Shown in pieces: positions 19,771 to 29,474 of a DNA stretch of 64,000 nt (position 1 is its first letter; the number at the start of each line of letters is the position of its first letter). The position numbers and the translations under genes were made by a program. The notes under the pieces are model-generated. The model had not been told where the DNA came from, searched no databases, and saw only the letters and a list, made by a program, of their open reading frames with translations. The stretch comes from an uncultured bacterium (GTDB lineage Bacteria > Patescibacteriota > Minisyncoccia > Phycocordibacterales > UBA6065), in contig CBIMES010000002.1 in the NCBI GenBank assembly GCA_966243015.1, positions 117,458 through 181,457 on the forward strand, in the 5' to 3' direction.

Positions 19771-21576
19771 ATGGGAATCTTCGATTTTCTAAAAAAGAAA
19801 GAGAATAACATCAACATCTCCCCGGTTCTTCCGCAGGAGATTTACGAGGCGGGCGTGCTCGAGCTCAAGGACGTTATCGCGCCGTCGGCCCTCAAGGTCA
19901 CGCCGCGCGAGCTTAATCTCGGAGACAAAATCGTCCGAAGCTTCTTCGTCATCTCATACCCTCGATATCTCTCAGAGTCATGGTTCGCACCGATCATCAA
20001 CCTCGACAAGGTCTTCAACATTTCCATATTTGTCCACCCCGTCGACACCGCTCGAGTTCTCCGCCAGTTCCAGAAGAAAGTGGCCGAGGTGCAGAGCCAG
20101 ATCTCCATCAGGGAGCAGAAGGGCCTCGTCCGCGACCCGATGCTCGACACCGCGTACCAGGATCTCGAGGGCCTGCGCGACCAGCTCCAGCAGGCGCAGG
20201 AGAAGCTCTTTGACGTGGGCATCTACATCTCAATCTACGCCGACAGCGACGCAGAGCTCGATAAGACTGAGAGCGAGATCAAGTCGATTCTCGAGTCAAA
20301 GCTCGTGTACGTAAAGCCGGCGCTCTTCCAGCAGGAACAGGGGTACCGCAGCAACCTACCGACGGCAAACGACGAGCTCCTTGTCCATTCCAAGCTTAAC
20401 TCAAGCCCTCTTTCGTCACTTTTCCCGTTCATATCCTTCGACCTCACCTCTGACAAGGGAATCCTCTACGGCATCAACAGGCACAACTCGTCGCTCGTGC
20501 TCTTCGATCGCTTCTCGCTCGAGAACTACAACTCGATTACCTTCGCGAAGTCAGGTTCGGGTAAGTCATACGCCACCAAGCTCGAGATTCTCCGAACGCT
20601 CATGTTCGACACCGAGGTGATCGTCATCGACCCGGAGAGGGAATACGAGTACCTTGCCGAGGCAACGGGAGGAAAGTACTTCAACATCTCCCTCAACTCC
20701 GAGCATCACATCAACCCGTTCGACCTGCCAATCCCGCGCGAGGACGAGTCGACCGCCGACGTGCTTCGCTCGAACATCATCAACCTCGTAGGACTCTTCC
20801 GCATAATGATGGGAGGCCTGACCCCCGAGGAAGACGCGCTCATCGATAAGGCGATCACCGAAACCTACGCGCTCAAGGACATCACGCCTGACTCAGACTT
20901 CAGGAACACCGAACCGCCGCTCCTGTCTGACTTCGAGCTCGTGCTTGCCGGCATGGAGGGAGGGGAGTCGCTCGTGCAGAGGCTGACCAAATACACCAAG
21001 GGAACCTGGTCTGGCTTCATCAACAGGCCGACAAACGTCGACATTAACGCGAAGTTCATCGTCTTCTCGCTCCGAGACATGGAGGAGGAGCTCAAGCCCG
21101 TCGCGATGTACATCGTGACCCACTACATCTGGAACGCGGTGCGCAAGAACCTCAAGAAGCGCCTGCTCGTCATCGACGAGGCGTGGTGGATGATGAAGTC
21201 GGACGACACCGCGTCGTTCCTCCTCGGACTCGCCAAGCGAGGCCGAAAGTACTTCCTCGGACTGGCGACCATTACCCAGGACGTGGACGACTTCCTCAAG
21301 TCGCCGTACGGAATGCCGATTATCACCAACTCGTCGATACAGATGCTGCTCAAGCAGTCCCCATCGTCGATCGACAAGCTTCAGACGGTCTTCAACCTCA
21401 CGGAAGAGGAAAAATACCTCCTTCTCGAGTCAGACGTGGGAGAGGGAATCTTCTTCGTGGGACTTAAGCACGTGGCCATCAAGATTATCGCCTCGTACAC
21501 CGAGGACCAAATCATCACCTCTGACCCTTCGCAGATTCTCGCCATCAAGGAAGCGAAAAGAAACCTTCAGGGGTAG
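19771..21576 (+). CDS. virB4: VirB4/TraC family T4SS ATPase
   Basis: Walker A AKSGSGKS, VIDPEREY, INPFD, Walker B LLVIDEAW, KRGRKY, ITQDVDDF. Confidence 0.9.
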   Translation: MGIFDFLKKKENNINISPVLPQEIYEAGVLELKDVIAPSALKVTPRELNLGDKIVRSFFVISYPRYLSESWFAPIINLDKVFNISIFVHPVDTARVLRQFQKKVAEVQSQISIREQKGLVRDPMLDTAYQDLEGLRDQLQQAQEKLFDVGIYISIYADSDAELDKTESEIKSILESKLVYVKPALFQQEQGYRSNLPTANDELLVHSKLNSSPLSSLFPFISFDLTSDKGILYGINRHNSSLVLFDRFSLENYNSITFAKSGSGKSYATKLEILRTLMFDTEVIVIDPEREYEYLAEATGGKYFNISLNSEHHINPFDLPIPREDESTADVLRSNIINLVGLFRIMMGGLTPEEDALIDKAITETYALKDITPDSDFRNTEPPLLSDFELVLAGMEGGESLVQRLTKYTKGTWSGFINRPTNVDINAKFIVFSLRDMEEELKPVAMYIVTHYIWNAVRKNLKKRLLVIDEAWWMMKSDDTASFLLGLAKRGRKYFLGLATITQDVDDFLKSPYGMPIITNSSIQMLLKQSPSSIDKLQTVFNLTEEEKYLLLESDVGEGIFFVGLKHVAIKIIASYTEDQIITSDPSQILAIKEAKRNLQG

Positions 21577-21624
21577 GGGAGCGGTGGATTGGCGCGCGGG
21601 GTTTCGTGCTACAATATACTCGTC

Positions 21625-22623
21625 ATGCTTCTCAAAAGGATATCTCTTATCTTTGCTTTTGTCGGTGTACTCCTCTCATGCTCCTTTGCCCATGCTCAGT
21701 CTATTCCAGGCATACAGAATCCTCTCGTCGTGAGCGTCATACCGACCGAACCGAGGGCCAATCAGACGGTCTATATCGGCATTCAGAGCTACAGCCTTGA
21801 TCTCGACAAGGCTCTCATCACTTGGTACGTAGACGGCAAGGAAACATCGAGCGGGGTCGGCCTCAAGGAATTCAGGGTACTCGCCGGACCGTCGGGTTCG
21901 ACCAAGACGGTCGACGTAAAGGTGGCAACCGTGGGCACAGGAACCTTCTCCGATACCGTCGTCATCAGGCCGGCAGACGTTGGCCTCCTCTGGGAATCTG
22001 ACACCTACACCCCTCCTTTCTACCAGGGAAAGGCTCTTCATTCTTACAACGGCTCCTTCAAAGTTACCGCGTTGCCAGAGCTCTACACTTCGGCGGGCGC
22101 AAAGATTGATGCGAAGGACTTGATCTACACCTGGAAAAAGAACGGTGAGATTCAGGGTGCCGCATCTGGATACGGCAAGAACACCTATATCGGCAGCCAG
22201 ACGAGCTACCTCAGGGAAGGGGAGGATATCTCCGTTGAGGTGTCAGCGCCGCGAGACAACGTGGTCGCCTCAAACAGCATCCTCATCACGCCAGCGGTGC
22301 CTTACGTATCGTTCTACGAGAAGAGCCCTCTCTACGGAATCATCTACGAAAAGAGCCTTCGCAACAGGACCAGCCTGACCAACGAGGAGGTCTCGATCAT
22401 CGCCGAGCCATTCTTCTTCTCAATTCCAAACCGAGACTCCTCGAACCTCTCGTATACCTGGACCCTCAACGGCAGCCCCCTCCCTGACTTCTCGGGAGAG
22501 AGTCTCATGACGCTCCGAAAGGCGGGCGGGGAAGCGGGAAGGGCTGATCTTCGCGTCGTCCTGCAGAACAACATGAAGCTCCTTCAGGGCGCCTCGCAGA
22601 ACCTAACCATTTTCTATGAATAA
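21625..22623 (+). CDS. Secreted protein with Ig-like beta-sandwich repeats
   Basis: Signal peptide ending AHA; repeated ITWYVDG / YTWKKNG / YTWTLNG; WESDTYTPPFYQGKAL. Confidence 0.75.
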   Translation: MLLKRISLIFAFVGVLLSCSFAHAQSIPGIQNPLVVSVIPTEPRANQTVYIGIQSYSLDLDKALITWYVDGKETSSGVGLKEFRVLAGPSGSTKTVDVKVATVGTGTFSDTVVIRPADVGLLWESDTYTPPFYQGKALHSYNGSFKVTALPELYTSAGAKIDAKDLIYTWKKNGEIQGAASGYGKNTYIGSQTSYLREGEDISVEVSAPRDNVVASNSILITPAVPYVSFYEKSPLYGIIYEKSLRNRTSLTNEEVSIIAEPFFFSIPNRDSSNLSYTWTLNGSPLPDFSGESLMTLRKAGGEAGRADLRVVLQNNMKLLQGASQNLTIFYE

Positions 22624-23821
22624 AACCCGAGCACTCGCCATCGCCTCAGCAAGCATCGTCACGCTCTTCGCGGGCTGGGCAACTGTCGCGTCGGCACAGA
22701 CAACCGAATACGTTCCCCTCACGACGGTTCCCGGCCTCTTCAAGCAGGGAAGCTCGACCAACCCCGTCACCATCATCAAGGGAATCTACGGACTGGCCAT
22801 CGGCATCGGCAGCGTCATCGCCACTGTCATGCTCATCATCGCCGGCTTCGAGTATATGTACCAGGAGTCAATCACGGGAAAGTCACAGGCAAAGGAGCGC
22901 ATCACCAATGCGTTTCTCGGTCTCTTGGTCATCCTTGGATCGTACATACTCCTCCGAACTATCAACCCAGCACTTGTAGACTTCAACCTCACACTCCAGG
23001 GTGGCAGCAATCGACTCAAGGGACTGATTGCCGACAAGGCATATGACGATCTAAGGGAAAGGCAGAAGGCCTTGCAGGAAGATCAGACCGCCATCAACAA
23101 GCTCAAGGCAAATGGCGTGGAAATGGAGAAGCTGATTGAGCAGAAAGAGGACACCATGCGCGGCTACGACTGCGAGAACGAGGATAAGGCTGATTGCGAG
23201 AGAATCGAGAAAGAGATCGCCGAGCTTGAAACGCGAGTAAAAGAGAACACGGACAACATCGCCGCAACGCAAATAGAGCAGGGAAAGGGGATTGCCTCGA
23301 CCTATGTGTACGAACTCCTCGAAACCAGGTATTGGGAGCTCGCCGGCAAGCTCAGACAGGACAACGGTCAGGGGGAGCTTGAGTTCGACGAATTCCTTCA
23401 GGCAGCCTCAGCCGCATACAAGAGCTCAATCGACGGCGTGGAGAAACAGCTGGTCGCCATAAAAGCCGTACAGACGAACGATGCCGGGATCCTGAAACAA
23501 AAGACGGATACCATCAGAGACCTCGAGAACGAGAAAAAATATCTCGCCCTCGCCGCTACGTACGTCATTTGGCAGAACAGCTATGACAATAACGGCCTCG
23601 ATCTCACGGATCTAGCGAACAGCATCAAGTACAGGACTGATGCCTACACAAAGAAGCTCAAGGAGGCGGGTTTCAGCAACGAGTTCATCGAGGAGCGCGT
23701 AAAACGCGACAGAACCAATCTCATAACCGCATTCTCGATGTCTGAGGAGGTACAGGAAGACTGCGCATCAAATACCGATGTGCTCCCGGCCGACTACGCA
23801 CAGCTCTGCTCAAACGCATAA
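22616..23821 (+). CDS. VirB2/TrbC-like pilin domain fused to a long coiled coil
   Basis: IIAGFEYMY..SQAKERITNAFLGLLVILGSYILLRTINPAL pilin signature. Confidence 0.75.
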   Translation: MNKTRALAIASASIVTLFAGWATVASAQTTEYVPLTTVPGLFKQGSSTNPVTIIKGIYGLAIGIGSVIATVMLIIAGFEYMYQESITGKSQAKERITNAFLGLLVILGSYILLRTINPALVDFNLTLQGGSNRLKGLIADKAYDDLRERQKALQEDQTAINKLKANGVEMEKLIEQKEDTMRGYDCENEDKADCERIEKEIAELETRVKENTDNIAATQIEQGKGIASTYVYELLETRYWELAGKLRQDNGQGELEFDEFLQAASAAYKSSIDGVEKQLVAIKAVQTNDAGILKQKTDTIRDLENEKKYLALAATYVIWQNSYDNNGLDLTDLANSIKYRTDAYTKKLKEAGFSNEFIEERVKRDRTNLITAFSMSEEVQEDCASNTDVLPADYAQLCSNA

Positions 23822-23827
23822 AACAAC

Positions 23828-25060
23828 ATGTCGAAAAAAACATTCACGCTCTTCATCATAGTACTCCTGGGAATCATCGCCTTCCTCGGCTGGTTCTTTT
23901 TCTTCCGCGCGAATGAGTCAACGCTTCCCGGTGACCCCAACCAGCCGACCGACCTCTTTCCCTTTGGGCAGGGGAGCACAACCCCTGATGGAAACAACAC
24001 GGGGCAAACGGGCAGCTCGACGGGGCAGATAGACATCTCGGGTGACACCCCACGCCTTCCTCGACTAAGACAAATCTGGCGAGACCAGACCGCAGGCGCC
24101 ACGTTCTTTCCAGGCACGGGAACCACGACAAGCGTGAGGTTCGTCGACAGAGCAACGGGTCACATCTACGAGTCTCCTATCGAGGCGACGGGGGAGACCA
24201 AGATATCGAACGTCACCATCCCACAGGTGCACGAAGCGCTTTGGGCATCAAACGGAAACGAGCTCATCTTCCGCTACCTCAGGAGCGATTCGATGACGAT
24301 ACAGTCGTTCTATGGAACGCTCGCCACATCGAGCGCCACTACAACCATGACGGTGGAAGGTTACTTCTTGCCCGCAAACATCCGCGACATCTCGGTATCA
24401 GGCGACAGGATTCTCTATTTCAACCCAGCCGTTCAGATCGGAAGCCTCGTCGACGCACGCGTCGACGGCACAGGAAGACGCGTGGTCATGAGCTCCGAGG
24501 CACGAGACTGGTCTCTCTCATACACCAACACAAAAACCGCATTCCTCGAAACCAGGCCAAGCGGTCTCGTAAAGGGATTCGGCTACGCCCTTAACCTCGC
24601 CACGGGAGCGACTTCAAAAATAGCTGGTGACATACTCGGTCTCACCGGAACCATAAACCCAGCAGGGGACAGAGCGCTTATGTCAGCGCAGGAGGGCGGA
24701 AGCATCGTCACGGCAGGCTACGACATGACGTCAAAGAGGGCCTCCACCCTTTCCATCAAAACCCTTTCCGACAAATGCGTGTGGAGCAGGAAAAAGGCCG
24801 AGATGGCATACTGCGCAGTGCCCTCAAACATTCCGTCGGGAACATATCCTGATGACTGGTATCGAGGCGACACGAGCTTCTCCGATCGACTCTGGACCGT
24901 CGACCTCTCGACAGGGGAGACCGATCTCATCATGGACCCATCCTATGAGACCGGCCAGAGCATGGACATCATGAAAATCAGCGTGGACAGCGGGGAGGAG
25001 TACATTACATTCACCAACAAGAAGGACATGAGCCAGTGGCTGCTGAGGATCGAGGAATAA
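23828..25060 (+). CDS. Membrane-anchored putative beta-propeller protein
   Basis: N-terminal TM; FVDRATGHIYE, TLSDKCVW, YCAVP, PDDWYRG. Confidence 0.72.
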   Translation: MSKKTFTLFIIVLLGIIAFLGWFFFFRANESTLPGDPNQPTDLFPFGQGSTTPDGNNTGQTGSSTGQIDISGDTPRLPRLRQIWRDQTAGATFFPGTGTTTSVRFVDRATGHIYESPIEATGETKISNVTIPQVHEALWASNGNELIFRYLRSDSMTIQSFYGTLATSSATTTMTVEGYFLPANIRDISVSGDRILYFNPAVQIGSLVDARVDGTGRRVVMSSEARDWSLSYTNTKTAFLETRPSGLVKGFGYALNLATGATSKIAGDILGLTGTINPAGDRALMSAQEGGSIVTAGYDMTSKRASTLSIKTLSDKCVWSRKKAEMAYCAVPSNIPSGTYPDDWYRGDTSFSDRLWTVDLSTGETDLIMDPSYETGQSMDIMKISVDSGEEYITFTNKKDMSQWLLRIEE

Positions 25061-25071
25061 GAAAGCCCCAA

Positions 25072-25106
25072 AAGAAAGCCGCATCGATCGATGCGGCTTT
25101 CTTTTT
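25072..25106. terminator. Bidirectional terminator
   Basis: AAGAAAGCCGCATCGATCGATGCGGCTTTCTT palindrome between convergent genes. Confidence 0.75.
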
Positions 25107-25862
25107 CTATCTAACCTTCACCGCCAAATTCTCCTTCGCCTCCTTCTCCCGCGCCATCTGCCGTCGGATGTACAGCTCCTGCCCGATCATGAACAGGTTG
25201 CTCGTCACCCAGTACAGGGCGAGGGCCGAGGCCACGTGGTAGGCGATGAAGAGGATCATGATAGGGAAGACGTACTTCATCTGAGTCTGCATGTTGCGGG
25301 CGAAGTCCTCCTGGAAGTTGCCGTTGCCGGTCTTGGGGGCAGCCTTTGGTATCGAGAGCCTTATCTGGAAGTACTGGGAGACCGCCGCGAGAACCGCGAG
25401 AGCGAAGCTTTTGGTACCCATGTCTATGAGACCAAGGAAGTTCATGTTAACAACCTCAGGAACCTTAACGAACGAGTAGAGGAGACTCGGGTCAGGCGCC
25501 GAAATGCCTGACGAATAAAAGATTCGATACAAGGCGAAGAAGATAGGAAGCTGGAGAAGGATAAGGAAGATGCCGGCAAACGGGTTTATGCCCTTTGCCT
25601 TGTAGAAGGCCATGACCTGAAGCGCCTGCGCCTGCCGATCGTCCTTGTACTTCTCCTTGATGGCATTCATCTCGGGCTCGTACATCTTGAGGGCAACCTG
25701 GGTGCGGGCAGACTTTCTCGAAAGAGGGAAGAGGATGACCTTAACGATAACCGTGAAGAGGATAATGACGACGCCTGCGTCGAGGAAGGGGAGGTGGCCG
25801 GCGAGGAATACAAGACCGTTATAGAGGGGCTCGTAGATGAACGTAGTATAAAGATAATGCAT
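25107..25862 (-). CDS. yidC: Membrane protein insertase YidC (short monoderm type)
   Basis: IILFTVIVKVILFPL, KEKYKDD, INPFAG..LLQLPIFFALY, LYWVTSNLF; origin synteny. Confidence 0.93.
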   Translation of the reverse strand: MHYLYTTFIYEPLYNGLVFLAGHLPFLDAGVVIILFTVIVKVILFPLSRKSARTQVALKMYEPEMNAIKEKYKDDRQAQALQVMAFYKAKGINPFAGIFLILLQLPIFFALYRIFYSSGISAPDPSLLYSFVKVPEVVNMNFLGLIDMGTKSFALAVLAAVSQYFQIRLSIPKAAPKTGNGNFQEDFARNMQTQMKYVFPIMILFIAYHVASALALYWVTSNLFMIGQELYIRRQMAREKEAKENLAVKVR

Positions 25863-25915
25863 ATGATTATTGTGCGGGCTAAGCCATAGTAGCCTATTTC
25901 AGACCCTTACTCAAT

Positions 25916-26242
25916 CTACGCGAGACCAGCTTTTTTCAACGTAGCCTGTATATCAGAGGAAACCGCTTCAGGGGAAGCGGCTAGACACTCCTTCTTAGGG
26001 AGAATCATGGCAAATACCGGTGTTTTAAGGCTTTTCTTTGCGGACCTGAGGGCAAGATACACCTTTCGGCGCACGGAATTCCTGTCGACGGCCCTGGCTG
26101 CCACTTTTTTGGACACAGGCACGGCGAACTTCGCCCTCTCGGCGGGAACGAAGCGCAAAGAAAGAAGCGTCCCGAAGACGCTTTTTCCTTGAGAGAGAGC
26201 TGCTACCTCTTTTGTGGTGAGACGGTCAGCCTTCCTGAGCAT
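25916..26242 (-). CDS. rnpA: Ribonuclease P protein component
   Basis: VSKKVAARAVDRNSVRR (RNR-like motif); between rpmH and yidC. Confidence 0.88.
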   Translation of the reverse strand: MLRKADRLTTKEVAALSQGKSVFGTLLSLRFVPAERAKFAVPVSKKVAARAVDRNSVRRKVYLALRSAKKSLKTPVFAMILPKKECLAASPEAVSSDIQATLKKAGLA

Positions 26243-26245
26243 GGG

Positions 26246-26383
26246 TTAGATCTTAACAATCTTCTTTCGACCCTTCTGTCGTCGTCGGACGAGCACCTTC
26301 TTGCCGGTAGGGGAGTTCTTTCGGGCAAGGAAGCCATGGGCTCGAGCGCGCTTCCTGTTCTTTGTTTTGTATACGATTGCCAT
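26246..26383 (-). CDS. rpmH: 50S ribosomal protein L34 (not in the ORF track)
   Basis: Manual translation MAIVYKTKNRKRARAHGFLARKNSPTGKKVLVRRRQKGRKKIVKI*. Confidence 0.95.
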   Translation of the reverse strand: MAIVYKTKNRKRARAHGFLARKNSPTGKKVLVRRRQKGRKKIVKI

Positions 26384-26404
26384 AAATTGGGATTTCTAAA
26401 AGAT

Positions 26405-26443
26405 ATGTTCACATATTATTAACATACTTAGCGCCTGTTCACA
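26405..26443. promoter_or_regulatory. Degenerate DnaA boxes upstream of dnaA
   Basis: ATGTTCACA 26405-13, TTATTAACA 26416-24, CTGTTCACA 26435-43. Confidence 0.55.
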
Positions 26444-26503
26444 AGTAGCGCGCCTCGTACCACGCTATATACTTACAGGAACCATAACGATCCGGTAACT
26501 CAC

Positions 26504-27847
26504 ATGGACAACAAGAAACTCTGGGAAAGCGTGTTAGGTGCACTGGAACTTCAGGTATCCAAGGCAACCTTCAGCACCTGGCTGAGAGAGACCCACATCC
26601 ACAAACAGGATGACGGCGTCATCTACCTCTCGGTACCGAGTATCTTCGCCAAGGACTGGCTCTCCAACAAGTTCCACAAGGTTATCCTCAAATGCCTCAG
26701 GGACTTCGGCAACGACGTGAGGTCGCTCGAATACGTCATCGCCAAGGCCCCCGAGAAAAAGCAGGAGGTCGAGGAACCAAAGAAGCCGGCACCGACCTAC
26801 GAGCTACCCCTCCAGGATCTCTATATAAGCAAAGAAGACAACCTCAACCCGAAATACACCTTCGACACCTTTGTCATCGGTCCCTTTAACGAGCTCGCCC
26901 ACGCCGCGGCGCAGGCGGTAATGAAGAATCCCGGCATCGCCTACAACCCACTCTTCATCTACGGGGACACGGGAAGAGGGAAGACCCACCTCATCCAGGC
27001 CGTCGGCAACTACATCAAGCACAACCACCCCTCAAAGAAGGTGTTCTACATCACCTCAGAGCGCTTTGCCGTCGATTACATGAACTCGCTTCAGCTTGGA
27101 AAGGCGAACCAGTTCAAGGAAAAGTACCGAAAGTACGACGTCCTCATCATGGACGACGTGCAGTTCTTCTCGAGCAAGGAGAAGTCACAGGAGGAGTTCT
27201 TCCATCTCTTTAACACCCTCCACGAGAACAACAAGCAGCTCATCTGCTCTTCGGACAAGCACCCGAACCACATCCCCGACCTCGAAGACCGCATAAAATC
27301 ACGCTTCAGCGCGGGAATGATTGTCGACGTGTCCGCCCCAGACCACGACTCACGCCTCGCCATCCTCAGAAACAAGACCCTCACGCAGAGAATCAACCTC
27401 TCGGACGAGACCATCGAATTTCTCGCCAAGACCGTGGAGGGAAACGTGCGAGAACTCGAAGGCATCGTGAACTCCATCGCCATGCAGACCCATATCCGGG
27501 GAAGGGAGCTCAACCTCATCGAGATCAAGAATCTCATCAAGAACAGCACGAAGCCGAAGAAAACTGTGTCTATCAAGGACGTGGTGAAGGTCGTCTGCGA
27601 CTTTTACAACATAAACGAGAATTCCGTATACGAGAAAACCCGAAAAAAGGAGGTCGTTAAGCCACGACAGGTCATCATGTACATCCTCAGGGAGGACCTG
27701 AACATCTCATACCCTTCAATTGGCGAGAAAATGGGAGGCCGCGACCACACCACCGTCATACATTCTTGCGAAAAGATAAAGGAGGATATAAAGTCTGACC
27801 AAACGCTCATACAGGAGGTCAATCACATCCGATCCCTCATCTCATAA
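26504..27847 (+). CDS. dnaA: Chromosomal replication initiator DnaA
   Basis: LNPKYTFDTFVIG, YNPLFIYGDTGRGKTHL, DVLIMDDVQF, QEEFFHLFN, GGRDHTTVIHS. Confidence 0.98.
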   Translation: MDNKKLWESVLGALELQVSKATFSTWLRETHIHKQDDGVIYLSVPSIFAKDWLSNKFHKVILKCLRDFGNDVRSLEYVIAKAPEKKQEVEEPKKPAPTYELPLQDLYISKEDNLNPKYTFDTFVIGPFNELAHAAAQAVMKNPGIAYNPLFIYGDTGRGKTHLIQAVGNYIKHNHPSKKVFYITSERFAVDYMNSLQLGKANQFKEKYRKYDVLIMDDVQFFSSKEKSQEEFFHLFNTLHENNKQLICSSDKHPNHIPDLEDRIKSRFSAGMIVDVSAPDHDSRLAILRNKTLTQRINLSDETIEFLAKTVEGNVRELEGIVNSIAMQTHIRGRELNLIEIKNLIKNSTKPKKTVSIKDVVKVVCDFYNINENSVYEKTRKKEVVKPRQVIMYILREDLNISYPSIGEKMGGRDHTTVIHSCEKIKEDIKSDQTLIQEVNHIRSLIS

Positions 27848-28120
27848 CTGGGGATAAACTTGTTAATAAGTGGGTATAAGCTTGTGGGTAAGTTTATACA
27901 CAGACTGTGAATTGCCTGGGGATGGAATCTAACAAACTGTGGATGATTTTGAAGGATGGGGAATAGCCCCTGTTTCTATTCGCGAGAACTCCACAGGAAC
28001 ACGTCCTTATAATGCCATCAAACCCTTACAGATAAACGTTTTATGGGTTATACACATATCCCCAGTGATTATAGAAATAGTAGTTATTCTTTAAATATAT
28101 AAGAGAGATATACTAGGAAC
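27848..28120. other. oriC: Chromosomal replication origin oriC
   Basis: DnaA-box cluster TGGGGATAA 27849, TGTTAATAA 27861, TGGGTATAA 27871, TGTGGGTAA 27883, TTATACACA 27894, TGTGGATGA 27938, TTATACACA 28048, ATATCCCCA 28056, then TAG-AAA-TAG-TAG trio-like tract and AT-rich unwinding element before dnaN. Confidence 0.92.
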
Positions 28121-29221
28121 ATGAAAATCGAGTGCATCAAGGAAAAACTGATTGAGGCGGTTTCCAAGGCTGACAGACTGACGGGGAAGAACCTCTCTCT
28201 TCCCGTGCTCTCGTGCGTCAGCATCAAGACCGACGAGAATTCCCTCCTTGTACGCGCGACAAATCTTGATTGCGGTATCGAGATCAGGATCCCCGCCAAA
28301 GTCGACGCTACGGGCGAAATTGCCGTTCAGGGAGGCATCCTCACCTCTCTTCTCTCTGGCCTCCCGAAGGAGAAGAACGTGACCCTTGAGCTTAAGGAGG
28401 GGAACGTGCTCGTCTCCACCTCTTCCAATAGAACGCTGGTTAAGGCCTTTCCCGCCGAGGATTTCCCCTCGATTCCCAAGATTGAGGCTTTCAAGAGCCT
28501 TGAGCTGAGCCCGAAGACCCTCCTCAAGGGATTTAAGTCGGTTGTTTACAGCGCATCTGTTTCGACTGTTAAGCCTGAGCTTGCGAGCGTGTACGTCTAC
28601 AAGGACGAGGCTGACCTTGTGTTCGTGTCCACCGACTCGTTCAGGCTCGCGGAGAAGAGGCTTAAGATTAAAGAGACCCTCGACTTCCCGTCGGTAATCA
28701 TTCCCGCCAAGAATGTGACCGACATCGTCAGGTCTCTCGAGGCAGCGACTGACGACGTGCGCGTCATTTTCGACAAGAATCAGATCGCTTTCGAGTCGAA
28801 GGACACCTATCTCATGTCCCGCGTCATTGACGCCACCTTCCCAGACTACAAGAACATCATCCCCAAGGCATTCGTGACCGAGGTTGTCGTGCTTAAGCAG
28901 GATTTCATTGATTCTCTCAAGACGTCTCATATCTTTGCGGACAAATTCAATCTCGTGAACATCAAGGCCCTTCCCTCGAAGAAAACCTTTACCATATCAA
29001 CCAAGAACAGTGACGTGGGTGAGTACGTAAACACCATCGATTCGAGCGTCACGGGCGAGGACGTGGATATAAACTTTAACTACAAGTACATCTCAGACTG
29101 CTTCCAATCGATCGACGCCGACAGCCTCTCCCTTTCGATCGCGGGCATGAACAGGCCTCTCGTCATCAGGGGTGTCTCCGACAGGTCGTTCATGTGTCTT
29201 GTGATGCCAATGAACAGATAG
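28121..29221 (+). CDS. dnaN: DNA polymerase III beta clamp
   Basis: LPVLS, RATNLD, VSTDSFRLAE, SRVIDATFPDY, LVMPM. Confidence 0.97.
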   Translation: MKIECIKEKLIEAVSKADRLTGKNLSLPVLSCVSIKTDENSLLVRATNLDCGIEIRIPAKVDATGEIAVQGGILTSLLSGLPKEKNVTLELKEGNVLVSTSSNRTLVKAFPAEDFPSIPKIEAFKSLELSPKTLLKGFKSVVYSASVSTVKPELASVYVYKDEADLVFVSTDSFRLAEKRLKIKETLDFPSVIIPAKNVTDIVRSLEAATDDVRVIFDKNQIAFESKDTYLMSRVIDATFPDYKNIIPKAFVTEVVVLKQDFIDSLKTSHIFADKFNLVNIKALPSKKTFTISTKNSDVGEYVNTIDSSVTGEDVDINFNYKYISDCFQSIDADSLSLSIAGMNRPLVIRGVSDRSFMCLVMPMNR

Positions 29222-29222
29222 C

Positions 29223-29474
29223 ATGTTCAACGTCGCCGACTATTTCAAGAAGTTCGCGAAAATAGAGGGTGAGAGCCTCGCCTTGAGAGATTCGATACGG
29301 GTGGCGCTGCTTGAGGTGTGCGGGGTGGGGAAGGCTGATTTTGAGGTTAAGAAAGGTGTTTTGATTATGAAGGGTCACCCTGTCATCAAGTCGATGGTGT
29401 TCATGAAAAAGAAAGAGGTTCTCGAGCATCTCTCGAGAACCTCTCCTCAGTCCAGGATTTCCGATATCCGCTAG
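29223..29474 (+). CDS. Small protein, DciA/DUF721-like (putative helicase loader)
   Basis: VKKGVLIMKGHPVIKSMVFMKKKEVLEHL..ISDIR pattern; directly after dnaN. Confidence 0.55.
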   Translation: MFNVADYFKKFAKIEGESLALRDSIRVALLEVCGVGKADFEVKKGVLIMKGHPVIKSMVFMKKKEVLEHLSRTSPQSRISDIR

